Part shown: one piece after another, positions 39,996 through 48,666 of the stretch | Numbering within the stretch: the stretch's first letter is position 1 | Layout: the number at the start of each line of letters is the position of its first letter | DNA from: Armatimonadota bacterium | GTDB taxonomy: Bacteria > Armatimonadota > UBA5829 > DTLH01 | Direction: 5' to 3' | DNA length: 51,482 bases | NCBI GenBank assembly: GCA_039679675.1 | Contig: JBDKUN010000005.1 | Coordinates: 1 to 51,482 of the forward strand | Program-made: the position numbers and the translations under genes | The notes under the pieces: model-generated | Database searches by the model: none | The model's input: the letters and a program-made list of their open reading frames with translations, nothing else | What the model was told of the DNA's origin: nothing

Positions 39996-40744
39996 AAAGA
40001 TTTGAAACTGCTCGCGCTATGATTGAGGTGGTCTTAGTCGTAACTGTAGTTGCATTTGCAACTCACATTGTGCCACAAAAACCGCAGCATATTGCAAAAC
40101 ATCACTCACAACTTCAGCCATACTGGGTGTCTGATGTCGTATTTCGTGTGCCAACGGATAAAAAAGTAGTGGCGCTTACATTCGATGACGGTCCTCATCC
40201 GAAGTTTACACCGGACATCCTGAATATTCTTGATAAGTATCGCATCAAAGCGACATTCTTCATGGTAGGAAAAGAGATGGTCAAGTATCCTGATGTCGTG
40301 AAGGAAGTAGCTAAACGTGGGCATGTAATTGGGAACCACACCTACTCCCATCCTCATGACATAGAGCTCGATACTCGCACCCAGGTTGTCGGAGAGCTGG
40401 AGAAGTGCGAACAGGTGATCGAAAAGCTGACCGGAGCCCGCCCTCAGCTCTTTCGCTCTCCACGAGGTCTGATGGATGGTGCTGTTTTCCAGATTGCAAA
40501 CGAAGAAGGATACAAGGTTATACTCTGGACTGTCTGCGCCGATAACCACAGCGACCCGACTCCTCAAATGATGGCAAATAGAGTCTTTCAGCACATAAAA
40601 CCAGGCGGAATCATTCTGGTCCACGATGGAATGTACTGCTCACGGATCAAGGATGTCGAAGCGACGCCCATTATCATCGAAGGCCTCATCAAACGAGGAT
40701 ACAGATTTGTTACTGTTCCCGAACTTATGAAGATTCGGGGATAG
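39992..40744 (+). CDS. Polysaccharide deacetylase (CE4/NodB)
   Basis: LTFDDGP, GNHTYSH, FRSPRG, LVHDG; TTG start overlapping the upstream stop. Confidence 0.92.
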   Translation: MKRFETARAMIEVVLVVTVVAFATHIVPQKPQHIAKHHSQLQPYWVSDVVFRVPTDKKVVALTFDDGPHPKFTPDILNILDKYRIKATFFMVGKEMVKYPDVVKEVAKRGHVIGNHTYSHPHDIELDTRTQVVGELEKCEQVIEKLTGARPQLFRSPRGLMDGAVFQIANEEGYKVILWTVCADNHSDPTPQMMANRVFQHIKPGGIILVHDGMYCSRIKDVEATPIIIEGLIKRGYRFVTVPELMKIRG

Positions 40745-41855
40745 CGCGAGGCATTCCCAGCAGTGCTATATATTCCTTTATCCCAGTTGGCATCCAACCA
40801 AATTTCTGATAAAGTCCGCGAGCATCGGCAACAGATTCTCTTGCCTGGTCCATCTTGTCTTCTGCTATGTAAACTCTGCCCAATGTAAATACCGAAAGAG
40901 GGTTTTCCGGGCATATCTTAACACTGGTCTGAAGCACTTCTTCTGACCTTTTTAGTCCGTCCGCAGTCTTTGGCATCAATATCAGACCGCCGATTGCCCG
41001 CTCTCCCCGATAAAACCAGAATTGAGAGTGAAGAAAATCATAGTCCAGCGCTTTGACTTTAGCCAGGGCTATGGTTTCATTGTCAGATGCGGATCTATAT
41101 CCCATTATTTCGTTGGAACTAGATGTAAACACCGGATTGACATAGGCATAATGCGTTTCTTTGACGAACAATCCCTGCTGCTTCACGAAAGGCTCCTGCT
41201 CCGATGCGTCTAGGATAATATCATGTCCGTTGGAAAGCCTCACCAGGTCGACGGCGTGACCGTTATTCGATTGCTCACCACCTGCATTTTTATACACCAT
41301 TGCAACTCCGGTGTTGACTCCGGCTCTTTGCAGCATTCCAGCTAAAAGCATTGATTGAAGGAAGCATTGTCTCTCGCCACGGTTCTGCATGTAATAGAAT
41401 TCATAACCACGATCAAGACTGAAATTGGGAACACCAATTTTGATAAATCGATGGAGGCCGGCTGAAAATGCTAATTCCTCTTTGGCTCGTTTTGTGTTGT
41501 CCGTAATGGAATTCAGCTTATTTCCCTCAGAATCAAGCATATCCTTAAGGTTTGTGCCTTTCCAACCTGAAAAGCCGGATTTGTATTTCCAATAAATGTG
41601 GTCCATATGATCATAAAAGCTTCGCCAGTCATTCGAGCCACGGTAACTGTATGATTCGGCCACGAATTTATCAAATTTCTCATTTGCGTATGGATATGCT
41701 TCCGTAAAGTCACTCTTAGCTGCAGTTTTGCGATGTGCCGTTATAGGCACAGGTGTTGATGTCTGCCTGAGTGTGAGCACAACCAGACCTGTAATTCCGA
41801 CGAGCGCTAATGCCGAAAGCTGTATTAATCGCTTTTTCAGTATATTTTGTCTCAC
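40725..41855 (-). CDS. Exported protein with putative transglutaminase-like Cys-His-Asp triad and C-terminal TPR
   Basis: N-terminal TM; RQCFLQSMLLAGML...GHAV...ILDAS; TPR-like P.NP...FTLGRVY. Confidence 0.6.
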   Translation of the reverse strand: MRQNILKKRLIQLSALALVGITGLVVLTLRQTSTPVPITAHRKTAAKSDFTEAYPYANEKFDKFVAESYSYRGSNDWRSFYDHMDHIYWKYKSGFSGWKGTNLKDMLDSEGNKLNSITDNTKRAKEELAFSAGLHRFIKIGVPNFSLDRGYEFYYMQNRGERQCFLQSMLLAGMLQRAGVNTGVAMVYKNAGGEQSNNGHAVDLVRLSNGHDIILDASEQEPFVKQQGLFVKETHYAYVNPVFTSSSNEIMGYRSASDNETIALAKVKALDYDFLHSQFWFYRGERAIGGLILMPKTADGLKRSEEVLQTSVKICPENPLSVFTLGRVYIAEDKMDQARESVADARGLYQKFGWMPTGIKEYIALLGMPRAIPESS

Positions 41856-41878
41856 TTTTTTATGTAAACCGGGTCTTC

Positions 41879-42997
41879 CTAGACGCGGAGGAATAGCTTC
41901 TTTCTATAGAATTGGAGAATTACCAGCCACCAGAGCACGATGTAGCTGCATGTGTAGATCCAACCTCCAAGTGCTTTTCCAGCCAGTGCTCTTAGCAACT
42001 GAAGGGCTGTGTCTTGCAGCGAAAGTGCCGATGCGGGCCATAACCAACCCTGGAATATATAGACCTTCACGATTATGGGTAATACGTAAGCTAAAATTGC
42101 ATTCATTCCAAGGACAACAAGTGGAAATGACCACCATCGCCAGCCTTTGACATCGATAACAAGGTAAAAGAGCCCCAAGACAATTGAACCGAGCCCAGCA
42201 GTATATAGTATGTAGGAAGATGTCCATACAGGCTTGTTAAACGGCAGATCAAGGTTCCATAGCCATCCTGCCAGCATAAGGATTACACCGCAGGCTAACA
42301 TATAGGCTGTCTTCATCAAAGAATCTTTCTTCTGGCTCCGAAGAAGGTCTCCAATAGCAGAACCGATTAGTACGAGCGCAGTTGTTGGAATTACTGAGAT
42401 AATCCCATTCAGGTGATATTGCTGCAGATAGGCCTGGTTTAGATAATATATCAGGTTCCCAGTTTCTGTGAATGAGCCTGCGCCTAAGCCAGGGACTGGT
42501 ATGAATCGGATAATTGCCCAATGTGCGGCCAACAGCCCCAATGCAATACCCATTCGCCACATCGCGGGTAATTGGTAGATGAGGATCGCTGCAAAATAGG
42601 CGAGCCCAATCAATTGCAGCACGCCCAGACCTATGATCGGTTGCTTCGTAATACTTGAATCAATGAAGCAGCCGAGCAGAAAAAGTATCGCTGCGCGACC
42701 AGCAGCTTTGAGGAGGTATCTCCACCGGGGCATACCCTTCTTGATATGGGATGCAAATGCGTATGGGATGGCAACACCTGCTATAAACAAAAACCATGGG
42801 AACACAAGGTCGGCAAAATGAACACCGGCATTCCAGGCTGCATGTGTAAAGTGCTTGGGAGTAGCCGTATCCATGGCAGCATTATTGACCAGAAGCATTC
42901 CGAGTATTGTAAGACCTCGAAATGCATCCAAAGAGACCAATCTACCTGATGTCTGTTTAGATTCCGACTTGCTATTTGATTGATCTTGTTTACTCAT
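41879..42997 (-). CDS. Heparan-alpha-glucosaminide N-acetyltransferase-like (DUF5009/NagX-like) membrane protein
   Basis: RLVSLDAFRGLTILGMLLVN, H..W.G...ADLVFPWFLF, GVLQ.I, NK.VWTSSY. Confidence 0.88.
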   Translation of the reverse strand: MSKQDQSNSKSESKQTSGRLVSLDAFRGLTILGMLLVNNAAMDTATPKHFTHAAWNAGVHFADLVFPWFLFIAGVAIPYAFASHIKKGMPRWRYLLKAAGRAAILFLLGCFIDSSITKQPIIGLGVLQLIGLAYFAAILIYQLPAMWRMGIALGLLAAHWAIIRFIPVPGLGAGSFTETGNLIYYLNQAYLQQYHLNGIISVIPTTALVLIGSAIGDLLRSQKKDSLMKTAYMLACGVILMLAGWLWNLDLPFNKPVWTSSYILYTAGLGSIVLGLFYLVIDVKGWRWWSFPLVVLGMNAILAYVLPIIVKVYIFQGWLWPASALSLQDTALQLLRALAGKALGGWIYTCSYIVLWWLVILQFYRKKLFLRV

Positions 42998-43259
42998 CTT
43001 TAATACTGTTAGTTGTATGATTATTATGGTCGTATTATAACATTTTTTTGACTTTTAATGCAGATCTCCACCAAGTACACCTTGATCAAGGCTGGCATGC
43101 TCTTCTGTCCTTACGGAACAGAGATTCGATATATAACGTTCATTGAATGTGGGTAGAATCTCTGTAGCTTGCTGTGCTGCAGCAAGTTACAGATTTTCGG
43201 TCGATTGGCTAACAACCAATGGTATAGTGGCTATTACCGAGAATCTTTAGGAGCGACAT

Positions 43260-43892
43260 GTGAAGTGCCTTGTTGTGGTAGCCCATCCCGATGATGAGAT
43301 AATTTGGATGGGCGGTGTATTTTTGAGGCATCCCCAATGGGATTGGCATATAGTCAGCTTGTGCCGGGCCGATGACGATGATCGAGCGCCGCGTTTTCAG
43401 CTTTCAGCGAAAACGATTGGTGCAACTGCTCTCATCTCCGATCTTGATGACAGCAGCCCGATACTTGCACCGCTTTCCCCTGATCTTAATGAGATCAAGC
43501 GAAGGATCTCATTACTTGCACTACATAAGCCGGATTTGATATTCACTCACGGAAAAACGGGTGAATATACGCGCCATATGCGTCACGAACAAGTCCATCG
43601 GGCGGTCTGCGATATGGTCGATTCGGGAGACATAGCAGGAGAGTTGATTTTCTTTGCTTACGATGATTGCGGCGGAGAACGCAGACCTCAGCCGTTAGCC
43701 AATGCTGATATCACGCTTACACTGTTTGACGAGGAGTATACGAAAAAACGAAAGATCATACGCGACATCTACGGTTTTAGACCCGGCAGCTTTGAATATG
43801 ATGCTAGTGGCCCTGTAGAAGGATTTCACATTCGGTCCAGTGGTATTTCGATTGATCAGTTTAAGACTATAATCCAAAATTCAGATAACTAG
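43260..43892 (+). CDS. PIG-L/LmbE-family N-acetylglucosaminyl deacetylase
   Basis: VAHPDDE and TH...GEY..H.RH motifs; GTG start after AGGAG. Confidence 0.85.
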   Translation: MKCLVVVAHPDDEIIWMGGVFLRHPQWDWHIVSLCRADDDDRAPRFQLSAKTIGATALISDLDDSSPILAPLSPDLNEIKRRISLLALHKPDLIFTHGKTGEYTRHMRHEQVHRAVCDMVDSGDIAGELIFFAYDDCGGERRPQPLANADITLTLFDEEYTKKRKIIRDIYGFRPGSFEYDASGPVEGFHIRSSGISIDQFKTIIQNSDN

Positions 43893-43905
43893 CGGGAGAA
43901 GAACA

Positions 43906-45090
43906 TTGCGAATACTAATGATATATGAACACCCAGCTCCACCAGCCGGTTTGGCAACGCAGGGAGCTCTACTGTACAGAGGGCTCAAGGAAATCGGTGT
44001 AGAATGCGCTCCGGTCCATATAGAAGGAGGATTGGAGAAGGAATGGATGTATAAATGCTTCCGTCCTGACGTGGCTATAGGGGTAGGTTTCTGGGGCCAG
44101 CTTCCTGAGTTGGTGATCCATCCTCTCAAGTTCGGAGTTGAACCCATTCCATGGCTCGTAGCTGATGGTTGGGTCGCTAACTATCACCGCGAGTTGAACT
44201 CGCTTAAGCTGATCCTCGCAACCAGCGGTTGGGTGAAGGAGATTTACGAAAGAGACGGCATAGATGCTGACCGATTGGTAGTACAGCCTATCGGCTGCGA
44301 CACCGAGTCATTCAAACCGATCCCGAAGGACCACCCGAAAGTGCGCTCGATCCGTGAATCATTAGGGGTAGCTGACGATGAGAAGCTGATTCTCACCATC
44401 GGCGGCGACGGAGCAAGCAAAGGCAGCCGCGAAGTTATGATGGCGCTTGCAAAGATAAACAAAATATATTCAAACTGGCGATATGTGTGCAAGGTCTGGA
44501 AACAGGGGCGCACGGACCGCCAGAACGCACTAGATATGTCTCTCGCCGAAGAATTGGGTATCCGTGACAAGGTCAAATATGTAGATGGTGTGCTCTCACG
44601 TGAATATATGCCGTACCTTTACAGCGCATGCGACATCTATGCAGGACCCAGCCGTCAGGAAGGTTTCGGTATGCCCCACGTCGAGGCGCAGGCCTGCGGA
44701 AAGCCTGTCTTGAGCGTCGATGCGATGGGCATCAAGGAAACTGTAATCCATGGCAAAACCGGTTACCTCGCCAAAGTAGCAAGATGGACATCCATGACTG
44801 AATGCGAGGTAGGACCTGCCCAGGGCTACACAAAAGAGTTTGAAGTGCGGTTTGATAAGCCTAAAGTAATCGGACTGCGTGTCGATGTGAACGATCTTGC
44901 TGATTATGCGCTTGAACTATTGATGGATACAGACCTGGCGAATAATATGGGCAATGCAGCGCGGCTTCACGTGCTGAAGAGTTTCGATTACCGTCTAGTC
45001 GCTGAAAATATCGTCCGGTTGATCAAAGAACGAGTTACAGGTCCTGTTTCAGCTCCTAATGGGAGGCTAACCGGTGCCAAGAAGAACTAA
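43906..45090 (+). CDS. GT4-family glycosyltransferase
   Basis: YSACDIYAGPSRQEGFGMPHVEAQACGKPV, ETVIHGKTG. Confidence 0.9.
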   Translation: MRILMIYEHPAPPAGLATQGALLYRGLKEIGVECAPVHIEGGLEKEWMYKCFRPDVAIGVGFWGQLPELVIHPLKFGVEPIPWLVADGWVANYHRELNSLKLILATSGWVKEIYERDGIDADRLVVQPIGCDTESFKPIPKDHPKVRSIRESLGVADDEKLILTIGGDGASKGSREVMMALAKINKIYSNWRYVCKVWKQGRTDRQNALDMSLAEELGIRDKVKYVDGVLSREYMPYLYSACDIYAGPSRQEGFGMPHVEAQACGKPVLSVDAMGIKETVIHGKTGYLAKVARWTSMTECEVGPAQGYTKEFEVRFDKPKVIGLRVDVNDLADYALELLMDTDLANNMGNAARLHVLKSFDYRLVAENIVRLIKERVTGPVSAPNGRLTGAKKN

Positions 45091-46249
45091 CCAACCCAGT
45101 CCTGAGGCTGCATCACTTATCGAAGAAGCTTTCGAACAGGCGAAGGTTATCCTAGACAGGTGTTCGACGCCTAATGGATACTTCGCGTCCCCCCACTACT
45201 ACAATGCAATATACGCGCGAGACGCGTTGATATCATCTTTGGGTGGATTAGCGTCAAAAGAAGAGCGTTATACGCAGCAATGGCTGAAGACAATGGACAC
45301 CCTGATGGACAGGCAGTCAGCGAGCGGCCAGATTCCGAATTGTGTAGATTCCTTTATCACATCGAGGCCGGAAATCATCGCATTCGGCGCTGCTGACGCA
45401 TCTCTCTGGTTCGTTCTTACCCTTGTCTACGCTGAACAGTTAATCGGCCCCCACCCTGAGTTCTACCATGCCGCAAAGAGGGCAATGGAGTGGCTGAAAT
45501 ATCAGGACGCCCACGAGGAAGGCCTGATCGAACAGCAGGAAGCCGCAGATTGGATGGACCTTATATCAAACCGGGGTCATGTCCTCTACAGCAACGTGCT
45601 CTACTTCGCTGCACTTGAGCTTCATGAAAATATCAAGGAGGCTCACATCGTTAGGGAGCAGATTAACAGGTTCTTCTGGGATGAAAAGCGGGGGTACTTC
45701 CTGCCGTGGGCATGGAAGCAAATGCATGGCGATTGGTTCGATACAGCAGCGAACCTTTTTGCAATTGCATTCGGCCTCGCGGACAGCGAGCAGACTTCGG
45801 CTATACTCGGCTATATAGAAACCAATCGTTTGGACGAACCCCGGCCAATCCGCACCATACACCCGCCTATACAGCCTGGAGATAAAGAATGGCGAGAGTA
45901 TTACCGCACTGAGCATGAGTTGAACATGCCTGACCAGTATCATAACGGAGGCTCGTGGCCATGGGTTGGTGGGCTTTATGTGGCAGCTTTGGTAAGAGCC
46001 GGGCGCATTGACCGCGCCAGAGAAGTTCTATACAGGCTCGCGCTTACCAATCGCCAGGGCCGCGAGCATGAATGGGAGTTCAACGAGTGGTTTCATGGCG
46101 TTTCCGGAGAGCCGATGGGTTCAGCAGACCAGGCATGGTCTGCTGGCATGTATATTTACGCTTACTGTTGCGTAAGAGACCGCCGGGAACCGGTCTTCGG
46201 GATACTTGAATCTACAGAGGCTCAACTCATGCATGACAATATGCCATAG
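45074..46249 (+). CDS. (alpha/alpha)6-barrel glycoside hydrolase (GH100 invertase/glycogen-debranching-like)
   Basis: YNAIYARD, GQIP, DASLW, DWMD, YHNGGSWPW, EFNEW, QAWSAG. Confidence 0.8.
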   Translation: MPRRTNQPSPEAASLIEEAFEQAKVILDRCSTPNGYFASPHYYNAIYARDALISSLGGLASKEERYTQQWLKTMDTLMDRQSASGQIPNCVDSFITSRPEIIAFGAADASLWFVLTLVYAEQLIGPHPEFYHAAKRAMEWLKYQDAHEEGLIEQQEAADWMDLISNRGHVLYSNVLYFAALELHENIKEAHIVREQINRFFWDEKRGYFLPWAWKQMHGDWFDTAANLFAIAFGLADSEQTSAILGYIETNRLDEPRPIRTIHPPIQPGDKEWREYYRTEHELNMPDQYHNGGSWPWVGGLYVAALVRAGRIDRAREVLYRLALTNRQGREHEWEFNEWFHGVSGEPMGSADQAWSAGMYIYAYCCVRDRREPVFGILESTEAQLMHDNMP

Positions 46250-46381
46250 CACGATCACTTCCGTGGGCAAGCACCCTCACTGTCCTTAAGAAGAGTGCAC
46301 ATAAATTCGAATCTTGGGGCGTTTCCTCCGCTGATCTGGTGGACAACAGCGATGTGTTCTTGCATTTGTAGGAGCTACATG

Positions 46382-46567
46382 TCATTTTGAAACGCGAATT
46401 GCGCGAATGGAACAGGCACCTGAACGCTTGCACGACTTGTGAATGGCAACATCAGAGACGCCATATCGCTTGGCGACGGCAGTGACGCGCCCTGACGTGG
46501 ACGGGACGACGAACACGATGTCGAGCCCGTCTCGAAGATAATCCGGCAGTACGTGCTCATCAGACAC
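46382..46567 (-). pseudogene. Chimeric remnant: Mug-like uracil-DNA glycosylase N-terminus joined to an HTH fragment
   Basis: HVLPDYLRDGLDIVFV resembles the Mug N-terminus but lacks GINP; followed by VAKRYGVSDVAIHKSCKR with QVPVP in another frame. Confidence 0.5.
46385..46410. repeat. Shorter copy of the TTTTGAAACGCGAATT...CGCGAATGG repeat
   Basis: 16-bp exact match to 16471-16486 and the same CGCGAATGG end. Confidence 0.6.
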
Positions 46568-47591
46568 CCGGTTCACTCCTTGCGAGGTGAAAGATTACCG
46601 CTTCATTCAACAGAGGCAATCTCCTCACTTTGAACCGTCGCTCGAATATGTCATCAGACTCTCGTTCAATCTCTACCAGCCCGAGAAATTCGGCAAACCC
46701 TTTGAGACAGCGCGAGGAGTAGCAGTTACGCATGGTCTCTTCCGGCGTGCTGTATGATAGCGACGGCACCTCCCTCATTACAACGGGGAACGCCCGCAGA
46801 AAGGCGTCTTCATAGAAGCTGTTGGGCCGCCACTTGTCACCATACAGGTTGAGCAGGTACAGAGTGAACAGGAACGAGTGCTGTATGAAGTCGATCTCTG
46901 GATAGCCGTCTCGGTAACCCCAGTTGAACTGCTCGGCGTATGTTCGCAAAAGCCGTGGATAGACGCCGACCATACCATTCTCACTCAGCAGCTTGCGGCA
47001 CTCGCGACCCAAGATGAACTTGCCCTTGTACTTGCGCACCAGCCCTGCAAGCTCGGCGGCAATGCGGGTAACATGCATGTCATAGAAGTCGGGCTCGGTG
47101 CGTATGTCACCGAACTCAGTGTGCTTCTTGTATCCGTCTTCTCCCCAGTATGCCAGCCCAGCCTCGCGCAGAAACTTCTGTGGCAGGTTGCCGGTAGCAG
47201 TCGGTTTGAGCCCCTGGTCGCCGATAGCCTCAGCGAGCAGTTGAAACAACGTCACAATGGGCGCGGATGGCGGCACATCGAGACAGGCTGGGAATGTGAC
47301 CATTTCCGGGGAATCAAAAGGACGGTAGAGCATCGCGCTCATCTGATCGGACGAAAGCCCGTGAAACTCATCCCTTGGAGCACTGTTACGTTGTCGCACA
47401 AAGTCGTTCAGAAAGACTTGGGCTTCTTCGCGTGAAGTAAATTCCTTGTCCTGCATTGCCTGACGCACGTCCGCAAAGAGCTCGTCATACAGACTCGGCG
47501 GCGAAGATGTTTCTTCCCGCCCCAGGCAGCACTTTTTGTATTTCAGACCACTACCGCACGGGCAGGGATCGTTTCTTCCCACATTATGCAT
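46560..47591 (-). CDS. SEC-C motif domain protein
   Basis: [22 protein letters not shown]; start moved to ATG 47591. Confidence 0.8.
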   Translation of the reverse strand: MHNVGRNDPCPCGSGLKYKKCCLGREETSSPPSLYDELFADVRQAMQDKEFTSREEAQVFLNDFVRQRNSAPRDEFHGLSSDQMSAMLYRPFDSPEMVTFPACLDVPPSAPIVTLFQLLAEAIGDQGLKPTATGNLPQKFLREAGLAYWGEDGYKKHTEFGDIRTEPDFYDMHVTRIAAELAGLVRKYKGKFILGRECRKLLSENGMVGVYPRLLRTYAEQFNWGYRDGYPEIDFIQHSFLFTLYLLNLYGDKWRPNSFYEDAFLRAFPVVMREVPSLSYSTPEETMRNCYSSRCLKGFAEFLGLVEIERESDDIFERRFKVRRLPLLNEAVIFHLARSEPGV

Positions 47592-47635
47592 AGTCTTGCA
47601 CCATTTAACGCCAATCCTTACCTGGCGAACCAGCG

Positions 47636-48652
47636 CTAGAAGAGTGGTAGGGTTCTTTGTGGAGGATCGACTGCTTCGGAATTGGTCATTCCATCGAAAC
47701 CACCACGTGATGCAATCTCCTGCTGCATCCACCCTACGATACCGTTGCTACTTAGTGAACTCTCGTCAATCGCCATTGCGCCGGCGTCCAGCAGGCGCAG
47801 GTTCCCAACAGGTACGCTGCTATCCTTGCGCACAAACAACGGCACCCAGCCTTTATCAAGATCTTCGACCGCGCCGGCCCACGTGCCACCTTTCTTGTAG
47901 TCAGAGCTAATGACTAGCGCGAAGTCCGCGAGCGTGTATATGAGCTTGTTCCGCGCCATTGCATTGGAAACAAAGAAGCGTGCTTCCGGTTCGAATGGCG
48001 ATACGAGAACCAAAGACCGGTTTACGATGGCATTCCTAAACCGGCTGGACACTGCATGACGATCTAGACTGTCCGAGAGAACACCCACAGCATTTCCCCC
48101 GTTATCAAGACACGCCAACATAGCCTCGCTGTCCACACCCCGCGCACCACCCGAAATAACCTGTGTCCCGTGAGCAGCACACGAATCGGCTGCCTTGCGA
48201 GCGAATGTGATCCCTTGTTCGTCGACATCGCGAGAACCTATTATGGCGAGGCCGCCTGCGGACAGGAGAGCCTTGTCGCCTATTCCGTATAGAATGGGAG
48301 GCGCCTGACACTTGAGCCTTTCCTTGTAGTTGACCGGATATTCGGGATCGCTCCAACCGATAACCCATATCCCCTGCGATGCCCACTTCTCCAGCGCCAT
48401 GGCCAGAACCAGCCCTCTACCGAGCAAGGCGATTATCTGTTCAGCACAAGTCACCCCAGCATCGCTTAACCGCCGCTGATTCGACTCTTCAAACAAGTCA
48501 CCAGGCTGCAGATCCATCGCCCTCAATATCCTAATCAGATTGAGATACTCCGACGGCCGTAATGGCATTGCTGCGTCTTTCCCGGACTGACGAAGCCGGG
48601 ATGTGAGCAACAGGGTTGCTTGCGTATTCGGGCTTAATCTATGTAAATCCAT
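47636..48652 (-). CDS. DprA/Smf-like protein (RqlI-type partner)
   Basis: YP..YKERL...APPILYG.G, AIIGSR, ISGGARGVD, AMARNKLIY, GGTW.GA.E; directly downstream of the RecQ-PRTase gene. Confidence 0.85.
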   Translation of the reverse strand: MDLHRLSPNTQATLLLTSRLRQSGKDAAMPLRPSEYLNLIRILRAMDLQPGDLFEESNQRRLSDAGVTCAEQIIALLGRGLVLAMALEKWASQGIWVIGWSDPEYPVNYKERLKCQAPPILYGIGDKALLSAGGLAIIGSRDVDEQGITFARKAADSCAAHGTQVISGGARGVDSEAMLACLDNGGNAVGVLSDSLDRHAVSSRFRNAIVNRSLVLVSPFEPEARFFVSNAMARNKLIYTLADFALVISSDYKKGGTWAGAVEDLDKGWVPLFVRKDSSVPVGNLRLLDAGAMAIDESSLSSNGIVGWMQQEIASRGGFDGMTNSEAVDPPQRTLPLF

Positions 48653-48666
48653 TCCGAACTTCCTAT

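Noticed and set aside
47636..48652. Natural competence locus (dprA/comF)
   Set aside because: The PRTase is fused to RecQ and the DprA-like gene is its immediate partner, matching RqlHI architecture rather than competence genes
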